64,000 nt of DNA from Planctomycetota bacterium (GCA_050248855.1 JBFWRP010000005.1:128001-192000), one strand, 5' to 3'. Positions 18,218-28,206 are shown, counted from the stretch's first letter. The notes: a model not told the origin generated them from the sequence alone. Made by a program: numbers and translations.

Positions 18218-20668
18218 TCAGGGCCGGCGTAGGAGCTTGCGCCCGTGCGGCGTGACCTCGACGTAGCCCTGGGCCACGAGGCTGGGCTCGACGTGCTCGA
18301 GGACCGTCTTGGCGGGCATGCCCGCCGCCGCGGCGGCACGGCCCAGCGAGATCGCACCAGGCTGAGCTGCCAGGACATCGAGGTAGCGCCGCTGGTCCGG
18401 GCCGTGACCCACCTCGCTGTAGCCAGCACGCGCGAGGGATCGATCCACGGCGGCCGCATCCAGCTGCGTGAGAACGGCGCGCTCGCCCCCCAGCTCCGCC
18501 AGGCGGGTCGCCAGGACGTGGCGCACGAGACGCTTGACCTCGCGCGGCGTACCGCGCCCGGCACGTGCCAAGCGCAAGGCCGCGACATCGTGCAGCGCAA
18601 CACCCCGAGCGGCGGCGACGTCCATGGCGATCGCGGCCAAGTCCTGCACGCCGTACGCACCGAGCCGTTCCTGGATGAGGAAGCGACTCGCCATGGCCGC
18701 CGGCACGAGGGCCTCGTCGGTGGTTGCCGCCACCAGGGTGAACGGGGCGACCTCCATCGTGACCGCCGCGGTCGCCCCATCCCGCCGGATCGTGAGCGGC
18801 AGCTCGCGGTCCGTCATGACTTGGTAGAGCCCCTCCAGCACGCTTCGGGGCACGGCATGGAGCTCGTCAAGGAAGAGCGCGTCGCCGGGCTCCAGCTGGG
18901 CGAGCAGCCCGGGGAGAGCGCTCGAGTCCGCGAGCAAGCCGCCCAGGGCCGTCACGAGCTTGCCGCCGGTGCGCCGAGCGATGCGACGGGCCAGCAGCGT
19001 CTTGCCCGTGCCCGCGGGCCCCATGAGCAGCGTGTGGGGGAACGGCTCCCGCTCGACCTCGGCCCACACGGCGTGCGCCTCGAGCTGCTCGCAGACCCGG
19101 GCGAGCCCATGCAACCCGCCGAACGCCCCCTCCCGGCGGCATGCCGCCGGCGGCAGCTCGTGGCGGCATGCCGCCGCCTGCTCGAGCGGCGGCATGTCGC
19201 CGCCAAGAACCCACTGCCCGCCGCGCTCCACGCGAAGCGCCGACGCGTGGCGCCGCCACCAGTCGCCGTCCACCCGCGGCGGTATGCCGCCGGCGTCAGC
19301 ACCACCCCCAGCGTCAACCGGCGGCATGCCGCCGCCATCAACCGCCGGCGGTGGCTGGAGGTCGAGGACCCGCGCCTCGCCCGCGGCTGCCGCTTGCTGC
19401 CCCTCGGGCCGCGTCGAGCGGAAGGTGACGGTCGGGCCCTCGGTCCCGACGGCCTCGAGCAGACGTGCATGCACGAGCCCGTGGCAACGCAGGCAGAGGG
19501 CTACCAGGTTGGCGGGCACGGTCGGCCCCCCATCCTCGCGGAACACGATGTGATGCGCGTTCAGGTCCGTCCGCGTCCGACAGTTCCTACAGCGGTGGCC
19601 ATCGCGGGCGAGCACCTGGCGTCGCATCCAGGGCGGCGTGGGGCCGTTGGGGAGCGGGGTGTCGCAACCCGGCGCGTCCTCGGACACCACCTGGGCTTCG
19701 CAACGAAGCGCCGCGACGAGCCCCGGGTCGTCGCCCAAGGGCACCAGCCCCTCGGAGGTCTCGACCGAGAGCCCACTGCCCGCGTCCGTGTGCACGTGAA
19801 CGACGAAGCCGGAGCCATCGACGCGCTTGCGCCCCGGGACGGTGCCGTCGGCGTCGGTCGCGAGGACCAGGTCGATCATGGCGGCGAGCGTGCCCTTGCC
19901 GTCCAGGGGGGCACCGATCTCGGCCGACAGCTTGGCGCGCGCCGCCTCCCAACGTGCCCACGTGAGCGGATCCATGTCGACAGCGAGGGGGAAGCGGATC
20001 TCGGGCAGCCCCTTCTGATCGCCGTCCTTGCGTGGCGGATGGCCCTTGCGCGTGGTCTTGGCCTTCATCCGGAGCGCGGCGTACGTGCTGGTCCGCGCCA
20101 GCTCCGGCCACTCCGCCTCGCACGTGGGGGTAGCGACCTTGACGAGGTGGAGCACCTGGGTCCATGTGAGCTCGCCCTTGCACAGCGCGGCATCGATATC
20201 GGGCAGGGTCTCGAGCGCGAGCGCCGCTGCCAGCAGCTCACGAACACGACGATCTTCCAGGTGCAGCTTCTCCAACGCGTAGTGGAACGTGCTGGCGCAG
20301 CCGAACGCCTGGTAGGCGCGCGATCGCTGCATCTCCAGCAGGTAGAACGCCAAGATGCGATTGCTGGCGGTGCGCATCCACAGCGCACGTCGCATGGAGT
20401 CGTGCATCTCCTGCGGCGACACACCGCGCCGCAGCTCGATGCGCGGGACGCTATCCGCCGCCACCGCATGCGGCGGGGACCCCGCAGCCGGCGGCGGCGC
20501 GACCCGCTCCTCGTGCGCCGCCCGCTCGCACACGAGCGAGGCCCCCCACCCAGCGGCCCAGCCGCGGGCGGACACCCCCACCCCGCACCCTGGAAGGTCG
20601 CGGCCACGCATGCCGGGAGCCCGGAAAGAAGGGCTCAGAGGGCGGACTGAAAGCTGACGCGCGACCAT
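18218..20668 (-). CDS. DUF222-like + HNH endonuclease fused to a full RuvB-like AAA+ motor
   Basis: GGAGG SD. HNH: RRQVLARDGHRCRNC...HHIVFREDGG....NLVALCLRCHGLVH (~19470-19630). RuvB (~18218-19125): HTLLMGPAGTGKT, FLDELH, FTLVAATT, SRF, GRGTPR, EPSL..GYVEVTPHGR. Confidence 0.85.
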   Translation of the reverse strand: MVARQLSVRPLSPSFRAPGMRGRDLPGCGVGVSARGWAAGWGASLVCERAAHEERVAPPPAAGSPPHAVAADSVPRIELRRGVSPQEMHDSMRRALWMRTASNRILAFYLLEMQRSRAYQAFGCASTFHYALEKLHLEDRRVRELLAAALALETLPDIDAALCKGELTWTQVLHLVKVATPTCEAEWPELARTSTYAALRMKAKTTRKGHPPRKDGDQKGLPEIRFPLAVDMDPLTWARWEAARAKLSAEIGAPLDGKGTLAAMIDLVLATDADGTVPGRKRVDGSGFVVHVHTDAGSGLSVETSEGLVPLGDDPGLVAALRCEAQVVSEDAPGCDTPLPNGPTPPWMRRQVLARDGHRCRNCRTRTDLNAHHIVFREDGGPTVPANLVALCLRCHGLVHARLLEAVGTEGPTVTFRSTRPEGQQAAAAGEARVLDLQPPPAVDGGGMPPVDAGGGADAGGIPPRVDGDWWRRHASALRVERGGQWVLGGDMPPLEQAAACRHELPPAACRREGAFGGLHGLARVCEQLEAHAVWAEVEREPFPHTLLMGPAGTGKTLLARRIARRTGGKLVTALGGLLADSSALPGLLAQLEPGDALFLDELHAVPRSVLEGLYQVMTDRELPLTIRRDGATAAVTMEVAPFTLVAATTDEALVPAAMASRFLIQERLGAYGVQDLAAIAMDVAAARGVALHDVAALRLARAGRGTPREVKRLVRHVLATRLAELGGERAVLTQLDAAAVDRSLARAGYSEVGHGPDQRRYLDVLAAQPGAISLGRAAAAAGMPAKTVLEHVEPSLVAQGYVEVTPHGRKLLRRP
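19135..19333. repeat. Five copies of the 14-bp palindrome GGCGGCATGCCGCC in the HNH-RuvB linker
   Basis: Copies at 19135-19148, 19162-19175, 19188-19201 (1 mismatch), 19278-19291 (1 mismatch) and 19320-19333. Confidence 0.9.
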
Positions 20669-20816
20669 GGCCTGCCTCCGCAGATGACACGAACGAATAC
20701 CTTACATACTACGCAAGGGGGGGACAGTCGGTCACGCGCTGACCTGACGCCGGCGTGACGCGGTCACGATTGCGGCGTGACGTGCCCCGGCGAGGTTGGC
20801 GCGTGGAGGAATGCAC

Positions 20817-22484
20817 ATGCGGCGCGCCGTGGCTCTGGTGATCGCGACAGGACTGTCGCTCGCGCTGTCATCCGTCCCCTTGCACGCGGACGAAGAGGTC
20901 GTGCTTTCCGGCACGGTGCGCAACGGCAGCGCGCCCGTCAGGACGCGAGTGCGCGTGTACCGCCTGCGATCGGCGCTCGAGGGTCTGTGGCCGGCCAGCC
21001 CAGACTCAACCACGCCAGCCGAGTTCCCCGAGCTCTGGTTCTCTGGTGTGTTCGAGCTGTTCTATCCGGCGGACCGGACCCGCAACGAGGTCGCCGTCAC
21101 CGAATCGGACGGCAGCGGCGCGTTCGAGGTCAGGGGCGTCGCTCCTGGACACTTCGAGTGCGAGGCCCAGACACCCGATGGTGGAGTTGCGATCTCGGAG
21201 GCGATTCAGCAAGAAGCGGGTGTCCACACGGTCGAGTTGGATCTGGCGACAGACGTTTGGCCGGTCGTCCGCGGCCAGGTGCTCGAGCACGATGGACGGC
21301 CGTTCAAGGGCCAGGTGCTCGCGTGGCATTCCGGCTTGCCGCCCGTGACGAAGGGCGTCTCCGTGCCCACCGACGCCGCAGGGCGCTTCGAGATCCGCGT
21401 GCCCAAGCGCACGCCCCTCGGCGTCGCGGGCCTGGCCGCGATCGAGCAAGGACACCGCGTCATTCGCTGGAAGCTGACACCTGACCGAACGGCCGGTGTG
21501 ACCTACGTCGGCGGAGGCCACGGTCGACTTCCCGTGGTCGTTCGCGCGGCAGGCACGGGCGCGCCCATCCCGGGAGCTCGAGTTCTTCGCGCCACGCGCC
21601 TGACCCTCCCCGGCGAGCGCGAGCGAGAGGTGTTCGAGCTGGCCACGACCGATGCAGATGGGCACGCCTGGATGGGTCGACCTCCTCCGACGGGAACGAC
21701 GAGCTATGCCGTCATTCAGGCACCTGGCTTCCAGCGCACCATAGATGCCGTGGAAGCCACCGAGGATCGCGTCGAGTTCACACTCGCATCGAGCGTGCGT
21801 GTCACAGGACGGCTTGACGGGCATGTGCCCCATGACGCGTCAGATTGGCTCGCAACGCTCTGGTTCTGGCCATCGACTTGGTACATCCCCATCTGGCGCA
21901 CGGCACCTGTGCGGCAGGACGGCACCTTCGATCTGGGTGACGTACCGGGAGCCCCGAATCACGCAATCGTTGGCGTGCGCGGTCCGGGCTTCGTGGGCGT
22001 TCAATGCCTGGATGCTCGTCTGGATGCGCTGGTGCGACTACCCGCGTGGCTGGTCTCACCGATTTGGCAAGCTCCCCTGGAGGCATCGGAATGGCCGAGG
22101 TGCCCCGAGTATGAGCGCGAGGCGCATCGGGAACTCGTGGTCCCGATCGAGCCGACGACGAGGCTGCGAGTAGCCGTTCGCGACGCAAGCGGAACTCCGC
22201 TCGTAGGTGCTCGCCTCCGGCTCGAATGCAGGGCGAGGCGCGACGAGCGTCCCCTGGCCGCGACTGCATCTTGGTTCTCGAAGCGTGGGCCCGGCGACAG
22301 CCAGGATCGTCTAGTGCCTGCAAGAACCGGAGGGATCGCCGAGTTCGGCGAGCTCATCGTTGGCGAGTTCGTGACGGTTTCCGTCGAGTGGGACGACCAC
22401 CAACTCGTAGAGCTGGGAGAAGTCAGAATCCGATCCGGTGGAGTTCACACGGTCCAGTTCACGCTCCCCTACTCCAAGGACTGA
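20817..22484 (+). CDS. Secreted hypothetical protein with carboxypeptidase-regulatory-like beta-sandwich repeats
   Basis: GGAGG SD; signal peptide; repeated (T/S)D..GxF motifs and V.G.V..DG.P patterns; many A/T-ending codons. Confidence 0.65.
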   Translation: MRRAVALVIATGLSLALSSVPLHADEEVVLSGTVRNGSAPVRTRVRVYRLRSALEGLWPASPDSTTPAEFPELWFSGVFELFYPADRTRNEVAVTESDGSGAFEVRGVAPGHFECEAQTPDGGVAISEAIQQEAGVHTVELDLATDVWPVVRGQVLEHDGRPFKGQVLAWHSGLPPVTKGVSVPTDAAGRFEIRVPKRTPLGVAGLAAIEQGHRVIRWKLTPDRTAGVTYVGGGHGRLPVVVRAAGTGAPIPGARVLRATRLTLPGEREREVFELATTDADGHAWMGRPPPTGTTSYAVIQAPGFQRTIDAVEATEDRVEFTLASSVRVTGRLDGHVPHDASDWLATLWFWPSTWYIPIWRTAPVRQDGTFDLGDVPGAPNHAIVGVRGPGFVGVQCLDARLDALVRLPAWLVSPIWQAPLEASEWPRCPEYEREAHRELVVPIEPTTRLRVAVRDASGTPLVGARLRLECRARRDERPLAATASWFSKRGPGDSQDRLVPARTGGIAEFGELIVGEFVTVSVEWDDHQLVELGEVRIRSGGVHTVQFTLPYSKD

Positions 22485-22516
22485 TCGCACGTTCCCAGAC
22501 GCCCAGCTCGACAGCG

Positions 22517-23581
22517 CTACACCCGCTCCAGCAGGCGCCGCGCGGCGTTGAGGGCCCAGCGGGGGGCGGCGGCGGAAGCGGCGGCGAGCGCTCGCCGCAG
22601 GTCGTCGGGCGAGGCGCCGAGGCGCCGGGCGGCGCGGAGGTGGCCGAGGAGTGGGGCCTCGAGGCCCCCCATCGCCGTGAGGAGCGAACAGGCGAGCAGC
22701 TCGCGCTGGAGAAGCGTGAGCACGTCGTCGCGGCAGAGGACGCGCCCGTAGGCGAAGGAGCGGATCCACCTGGCCAGCGTGGGGTGCAGCGCGTCGAGTC
22801 CTTCGTGGATGCGCGCGGCCGTGTCGCCGTAGACGTCGGCGAAGCACTGCGTGCCCTGCCGGGTGGCGACCTCGGGCGTCGGCGCCTCGGCTTCCCCCAC
22901 CGCGCGCGGGGTGTCCAGATGGGGCGCGGCGGCTTGGAACGCGGCGATCGTGCGCGGGAAGCCCGCGTAGGGGGCCAGCTGCAGCAGCGACTCTTCGACC
23001 TGGGCACTCGAGGCACCGGCGCGGCGCGCGCTCGCCGCGGCGCCTTCGACCAGCTCGGCGCGTCCTGCTGCGCCCGCGGCACAGAGCGCGAGCAGGTGGT
23101 CGAAGGGAGCGCCCGCTTCGAACGGCGGCAGGCGATCCGTCCATGCGACCGACACGTGCACGCGCGCGGGGTCCGCGACCCACGCGAGGAGGCCGCGGTG
23201 GTAGGGCGCCGTCATGCGCTGGGGCAGCTCGGCAAGCGGCACCCACGCGTGCTCGTGGCTGCCGCCTCCGGCATCACCGAGCAAGCGCACGCGGAAGACG
23301 AAGGTCCGCCAGCTGCTCCGACGCGGACCACCGGCCCCATCGCGAACCGTGCCGTCCTCGGCGTAGAGGAGATCGTCGATCTCGATGGCGCCGCCCCCGA
23401 CCTCTTCGCTCCACTCGCGAGCGAGCGTCTGGGGCAACGTCTCGTCGGGCTCGACGCGCCCGCCGGGGAGGTCCCACGTGGGAGAATCGCGGCCCTCCAC
23501 GTAGCGGCGGTTGTGCACGAGCAAGACCTGACCGTCCCGCTCGCACCAGCCGCACACCGAGTCGTGGTGGTCGATCGTCAC
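22517..23581 (-). CDS. NUDIX hydrolase fused to carboxymuconolactone-decarboxylase (CMD/AhpD)-like domains
   Basis: Nudix box PGGRVEPDETLPQTLAREWSEEVG; EESLLQLAPYAGFPR and FAYGRVL.R..L...QRELL...L..HLRAARRLGAS (CMD); GTG overlaps the pdxH stop. Confidence 0.75.
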   Translation of the reverse strand: MTIDHHDSVCGWCERDGQVLLVHNRRYVEGRDSPTWDLPGGRVEPDETLPQTLAREWSEEVGGGAIEIDDLLYAEDGTVRDGAGGPRRSSWRTFVFRVRLLGDAGGGSHEHAWVPLAELPQRMTAPYHRGLLAWVADPARVHVSVAWTDRLPPFEAGAPFDHLLALCAAGAAGRAELVEGAAASARRAGASSAQVEESLLQLAPYAGFPRTIAAFQAAAPHLDTPRAVGEAEAPTPEVATRQGTQCFADVYGDTAARIHEGLDALHPTLARWIRSFAYGRVLCRDDVLTLLQRELLACSLLTAMGGLEAPLLGHLRAARRLGASPDDLRRALAAASAAAPRWALNAARRLLERV

Positions 23582-24240
23582 GGCTGGAGTCGCGCGACCG
23601 ACCACGAGCCGTCGCCCGCACGCCGATAGAGCAAGCGATCGTGCAAGCGATCGGGACGGCCCTGCCAGAGCTCGATCGTGTGCGGCACGAGGCGAAAGCC
23701 CCCCCACCGCGCAGGCCGCGCGATGGCCTTGCCTTCGAACGCCTCCTCCAGCGTGCGGCGCCGTGCCTCGAGCGCCTCCCGGCTCTCGATGGGCCGGCTC
23801 TGGTGCGAGGCCGCCGCGGACAGCTGGCTGCCGCGCGGTCGCGCACCGTGGTACGCGTCGCTCAGGGCGTCATCGACGGGCAAGGCCTGGCCCTCGAAGC
23901 GGATCTGGCGCACCAACGCGGGCCACCAGATGGTGAGCGCGGCGTGCTCGTTGCGCATCAGCTCGTCGCCCTTGCGGCTCTCGCGATCCGTGTAGAAGAT
24001 GAGCCCCTCGGGCTCGAACCCCCGCACGAGCACGATGCGCACGGAGGGCCGCCCATCGGGCGTGCTCGTGGCCAGCGCCGCCTCGCTGCCGTGCACGTCG
24101 TCGCGCGGATGCTCGGCGTACCAAGCGAGCGCCTCGCGGTACCAAGCACCTGCGGCCTCCATGGCGTCGGACGGCAGGTCGCCCGCCTCGAGCGGACGGC
24201 CGTCGTAGTCGCTTCGCGGCCAAGTCGGCGACGTGCTCAC
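23578..24240 (-). CDS. pdxH: Pyridoxamine 5'-phosphate oxidase
   Basis: LATSTPDGRPSVRIVL, FYTDRESRKG, RQIRFEG, RPRGSQLSA.AS.QS, WGGFRLVP..IELWQGRPDRLHDR, RLQP. Confidence 0.93.
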   Translation of the reverse strand: MSTSPTWPRSDYDGRPLEAGDLPSDAMEAAGAWYREALAWYAEHPRDDVHGSEAALATSTPDGRPSVRIVLVRGFEPEGLIFYTDRESRKGDELMRNEHAALTIWWPALVRQIRFEGQALPVDDALSDAYHGARPRGSQLSAAASHQSRPIESREALEARRRTLEEAFEGKAIARPARWGGFRLVPHTIELWQGRPDRLHDRLLYRRAGDGSWSVARLQP

Positions 24241-25514
24241 GTGAGGGTCTCCGGTGCGCTGCGCACGCGGTCCAGGTCGCGCGCCAGCAGCAGGTACCCG
24301 ACGATACCGGAGGCGGTCGCCAGCACCCCCGTCACGGCGAACAGCGGGCGCACTCCTGCGGCCTCGGCCAGCGCGCCGGCTCCGAGGCACGAGAGCGCCG
24401 TCATGCCCATGACGGTCACGTGGACGAGGGCGAACACTTTGCCGCGGCGGCCGTCGGGGACGTGGGCCTGCAAGAGCGTCGTACGGGCCACGACGATGGC
24501 CGGGATGAACAAGCCGTGGAGCAGGATCATTGCGACCAAGGCGCCGTAGTGGTCGAGCCACACGAACGGCAGGTACGTGATCCCGTCCAACATCAGGGCC
24601 ACCATGAGAACGCGGCCCAGCGGCAGGTTCTTGCCGAAGCGCGCCAGCAAGAGCCCGCCCAGCAGCATGCCCAGCGCCATCGCCGCCTCGAACCACACCA
24701 AGTGCTGCGGGCCCAGTCCCAGCTCGTCCTTGAGCAACAACACGGGGCCCACGTAGGCCGGCCCCATCAGCGCGAGGTTGTTGGCGGCCGTCAGCAGGAG
24801 CAGCCCCAGGATCAGCTTGTCGCGGCGCGCCTCGCGCCAACCGCTCTTGACGTCGGCCCAGAGTGACGTCGCGTGGCGCTGCACGCGTTGGTGGCGCGGC
24901 AGGACGAGGGCGAACAGCGCCGCGGCCGAGACGAGGAACGTCAGGCCATCGGCCGCGATCACGGCCAAGACGCGATCGACCGAGTCGCTGCCACCGAGGC
25001 CGCTGGCCAACAGCATGCCGCCCAGCAGGAGGCCGCCCAGCGCGGCCGTCGTCGCCGAGGTCTGGAACGCCGCGTTCCAGCGCGCGAGGCTGCGCGGCCC
25101 CACGATGGTCGGCAACAAGGCGTCGCGCGCCGGCACGAACGGCGTCGAGAACGCACCCAGCAGGAACGCGACGGCGAGCAGGGTTGCGAGCGTCAGCGGG
25201 AGTCCCGCGTGCACGGCGAGCACGAAGCCGAACAGGAGGCCCGCCCGGGCCAGGTCGCTGGCGATCAGGATCCGCCGCCGATCCCCGCGGTCGGCCCAGG
25301 CTCCGGCCAGCGGCGCGAACAGCAGCACGGGCAGGGCCGTCGCCGCCATGGCCAAACCCACCGTGAACTTCTGGCCCGTGACCTCGGCGGCCAGCCATCC
25401 GATGCACGGGACGAACAGCGCGTCGCCGGTGGCCGAGACGAGCTGGCCCCACCACAACAACAGCACGTTGCGTCGAAACGGGTCGCGGGGGACCGCGGTC
25501 GCCGGCGTGTTCAC
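24237..25514 (-). CDS. MFS transporter (DHA3/MefA-like)
   Basis: LWWGQLVS..GD, AGAWADRGDRRRILIASDLAR, 12 TM helices, GKVFAL; GTG overlaps the upstream stop. Confidence 0.88.
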   Translation of the reverse strand: MNTPATAVPRDPFRRNVLLLWWGQLVSATGDALFVPCIGWLAAEVTGQKFTVGLAMAATALPVLLFAPLAGAWADRGDRRRILIASDLARAGLLFGFVLAVHAGLPLTLATLLAVAFLLGAFSTPFVPARDALLPTIVGPRSLARWNAAFQTSATTAALGGLLLGGMLLASGLGGSDSVDRVLAVIAADGLTFLVSAAALFALVLPRHQRVQRHATSLWADVKSGWREARRDKLILGLLLLTAANNLALMGPAYVGPVLLLKDELGLGPQHLVWFEAAMALGMLLGGLLLARFGKNLPLGRVLMVALMLDGITYLPFVWLDHYGALVAMILLHGLFIPAIVVARTTLLQAHVPDGRRGKVFALVHVTVMGMTALSCLGAGALAEAAGVRPLFAVTGVLATASGIVGYLLLARDLDRVRSAPETLT

Positions 25515-26899
25515 CGGTCGGACACCGCCATCCACGGCGGCAGGTCCAGGACCACGGGCGGTGGCGGCGACTGGGCCCCCGGCCCGCTCCCGGGCGCAAG
25601 CTCGCCGGCGGCGCGCGCGATCCAGTACGCGAACAGCCAGTCGGCACGCGTGTACGTCTTGATGGGATCGAGGGCGGCCCCCGGGGGAGGCACGCGGGCC
25701 GCGTCCACGTGGATCTTCCATGCCCAGTCCACGATGCCGCGCTCGCGGATGTCCACGATGCGGCCCGTGCGCACCATGCGCGTGCCGGCGAAGGGGATCT
25801 CCTGCTCCGACATGATGTGGAGCGTGGCGCGGATCTCGTCGACGAGCGCGCGCCGGTCGAGCTTGGAGTCGGCCAGCAGCTGGCAGGCGCACGTGCCCGC
25901 GTTCCACCAGCCGCGCGTGGCAGCGTACAGCGACCGCAGACCGCGCCGCGCGTTGTCCCGCGCGAGGGGGTCGCCCCAGAGGGCGATGGGCGTGAGCCCC
26001 AGCGTGACCATGTTGACGTTGGTCATCGTGATCTGCTGACCGAGCCAGGTGTGCTGCTCGGGCAGGGCGTTGCGCCAGCCGTCGCGGTCCATGCGGTCCT
26101 TGCGCTTGCGGTACCACGGCTCGCCCGCACGGCTACCCAGCACGAGGAACGGCGCGTAGCCGATGGCGGCGAGCGGACCGTTCTTGATCATGGGCAGGTG
26201 CTCGACGGTCGGCCGCAGCTCCCCGAACTCGGTCTTGCCCCCGCGGCTGTTGCGCAGCCACATGTTGTCGCTGGCCAAGCGCTTGGCGATGACGCCCAAC
26301 GTGGTCTCGGCGCGCGCGACGAGGGCCGGGTCGTCTACGTACATCAGGACGAGCGCGAGGCCGAACACCACGCCGACCAGCTGGTCGCGACTGACGTCGT
26401 CCTGGAACACGTAGCCGGGCATCGACGGGCTGTCGACGACGTTGCGCGGCCGCACGCGTCCGTCGGCCAAGCGCCCGGCCGAGCGACACAGTCGCCCCGG
26501 CGTGCCGGTCACGTGGGCCAGGAAGGAGAGGCCCCGGAGCAGGTGGTCCACCTGGGCCAGGGCATCGGGGTCCCGCGTGACGGACCAGCGGCACGCCTGC
26601 GCACCCAGGTAGCAGCCCGTCCAGATCGCCGCATCCGATACGGAAAGCACCTCGTAGGACAGGCCGTCGGGCCCCGCCCCTTGGCCGTGCTCGTACACCA
26701 GCAGGCCCTCGGGGGAGAGGTGGTGCCACATGCGCGCCTGGATGCGCTGGGCCTTGTCCCAGAGCATGGCGTCCGTGTTGCTCGGCTTGGGGCGGATGGG
26801 CCGGCCGGGCCCCGGGCCCGATTCGGCGGGGGCCGCGACCACGAGGGTGCCGAGGAGGGCGGTTACGAGCAACCAGGCAAGGGGCGTGGCGGAGCGCAT
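25511..26899 (-). CDS. Secreted hypothetical protein, possibly (alpha/alpha)-barrel hydrolase-like
   Basis: Signal peptide; DAAIWTG.YL.AQ..R..VT, VTG.PG.L.R and D.SRDQ.VG..FG motifs. Function not assignable. Confidence 0.65.
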   Translation of the reverse strand: MRSATPLAWLLVTALLGTLVVAAPAESGPGPGRPIRPKPSNTDAMLWDKAQRIQARMWHHLSPEGLLVYEHGQGAGPDGLSYEVLSVSDAAIWTGCYLGAQACRWSVTRDPDALAQVDHLLRGLSFLAHVTGTPGRLCRSAGRLADGRVRPRNVVDSPSMPGYVFQDDVSRDQLVGVVFGLALVLMYVDDPALVARAETTLGVIAKRLASDNMWLRNSRGGKTEFGELRPTVEHLPMIKNGPLAAIGYAPFLVLGSRAGEPWYRKRKDRMDRDGWRNALPEQHTWLGQQITMTNVNMVTLGLTPIALWGDPLARDNARRGLRSLYAATRGWWNAGTCACQLLADSKLDRRALVDEIRATLHIMSEQEIPFAGTRMVRTGRIVDIRERGIVDWAWKIHVDAARVPPPGAALDPIKTYTRADWLFAYWIARAAGELAPGSGPGAQSPPPPVVLDLPPWMAVSDR

Positions 26900-27011
26900 G
26901 GCAAGCCGCCCACCCTACGCGGAGCCCCCCGCGCGCGAGCAGTCCGCGGGAAGCCCGCCGGGCGCAGCCTCGTCCCGGGGATAGGCTGGTGCGTCCTTCG
27001 GAGGAAGTGCG

Positions 27012-28206
27012 ATGCGCAAGCTGTGGGCGAGGCATGGGGTCTGGGCAGCGGCACTGGCTGGCTGCTGCATGTTCGCGGGTCCCGTCGCAGCGCGGGAGAA
27101 GCCGCTGCCCGACACGTCGATGTGGATCGAGGCAGGCAAGGCGGGACGCATCCAAGAGGCCGCCGAGGGCCTGGGTCGCCTGCTCGCGATCACGATCAAG
27201 GACGGCGACCTCGTGCATCAGATGGCCGTCGAGGACGCCCTCGAAGAGGCACTCGAAGGTCAGGTGTTCGGCCTCGGAGCCGCCGTCTGGCAGAAGTACG
27301 CCACGGCCTTGGACGGCCTCTTGGCCCAGCTGGGCGACGTCGATGCCTCGCACCCATTGCCCCACGGCTATGCCCTGGAACGCTGCTACGTGGCGACGCG
27401 GCTTGGCAACGCGGAGGGGCTCGAGGCCGCGCAGAAGCTCCTGCGGCGCCGGGCCACGCAAAGGGGCAATGGCGAGTTCGCTGGACGAGTCGACGACTAC
27501 GCAGACGGGCTCGCGGCCGTGGGTGCTGGTCAACCGGAGCAGGCAGGGAAGAGGTTCGGGCCTGTGTGGACGAGCGCAAAGAAGCACGACTGGACCCTGT
27601 TCGCGTGCCACGTGGGGGTTGAGTACGTGGCGGCCCTGGCGGCGACGGACGCCTCCAAGGCGCAGAGCCAGCTCGAGAGCTTCGCCGCTTGGTATCTCGA
27701 ACCGTCGCGCAGCGGCCTGCGCGGCGGCTCGAACGGCTGGGTCGCCGCCAGGATGAAGGCCCTGCCGGGCGAGCTACCTGCGCAGTGGCAGACGCTTCTC
27801 GAGGCGGCTCCCTCCGCCGGGGGATCCGCAGGTGCCGCGGGCGGAGCTGGCGGCAATGCCGTGCGCCCGGGAGCACAAACGCGCGTGGCCGAAGTGCTGG
27901 AGCGCGCCAAGAGCAGCACGGTCCTGGCAGAGGTCACGCGCGGTAGCGACGGGTTCGAGATCCGCTACCCCTTCGAGCGGGCATTCCGCCAGAGCGCCGA
28001 GCCGAACAAGGGCGTCGGCGTGGACCACAAGGCCGAGTTCGGCATCACCTTGGCCATTGGCCACGCGGGCGTGCGCTTGGCCATGCTCGATCTCGTGGGC
28101 AACAAGGGCCAGCCCGGCGGTGCCAGCATGCCCAAGCCGTTCCAGCCCTTGTTCGAGCTGGCCCCAGGCGAGACGTGGACGCTCAAGGCCGACGGCAGCG
28201 TCACGA

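Noticed and set aside
18311..18326. 16-bp palindrome GGCGGGCATGCCCGCC in the RuvB C-terminal region
   Set aside because: Single copy, differs from the array consensus, and is plausible by chance at this GC content.
19135..19333. CRISPR array
   Set aside because: Repeats are only 14 bp, spacers are irregular (12-76 nt), the array lies inside an ORF, and there are no cas genes.
20731..20781. GTCACG/CGTGAC cluster as a CRP/FNR site
   Set aside because: Spacing is GTGA-N5-TCAC rather than N6; no regulator can be assigned.
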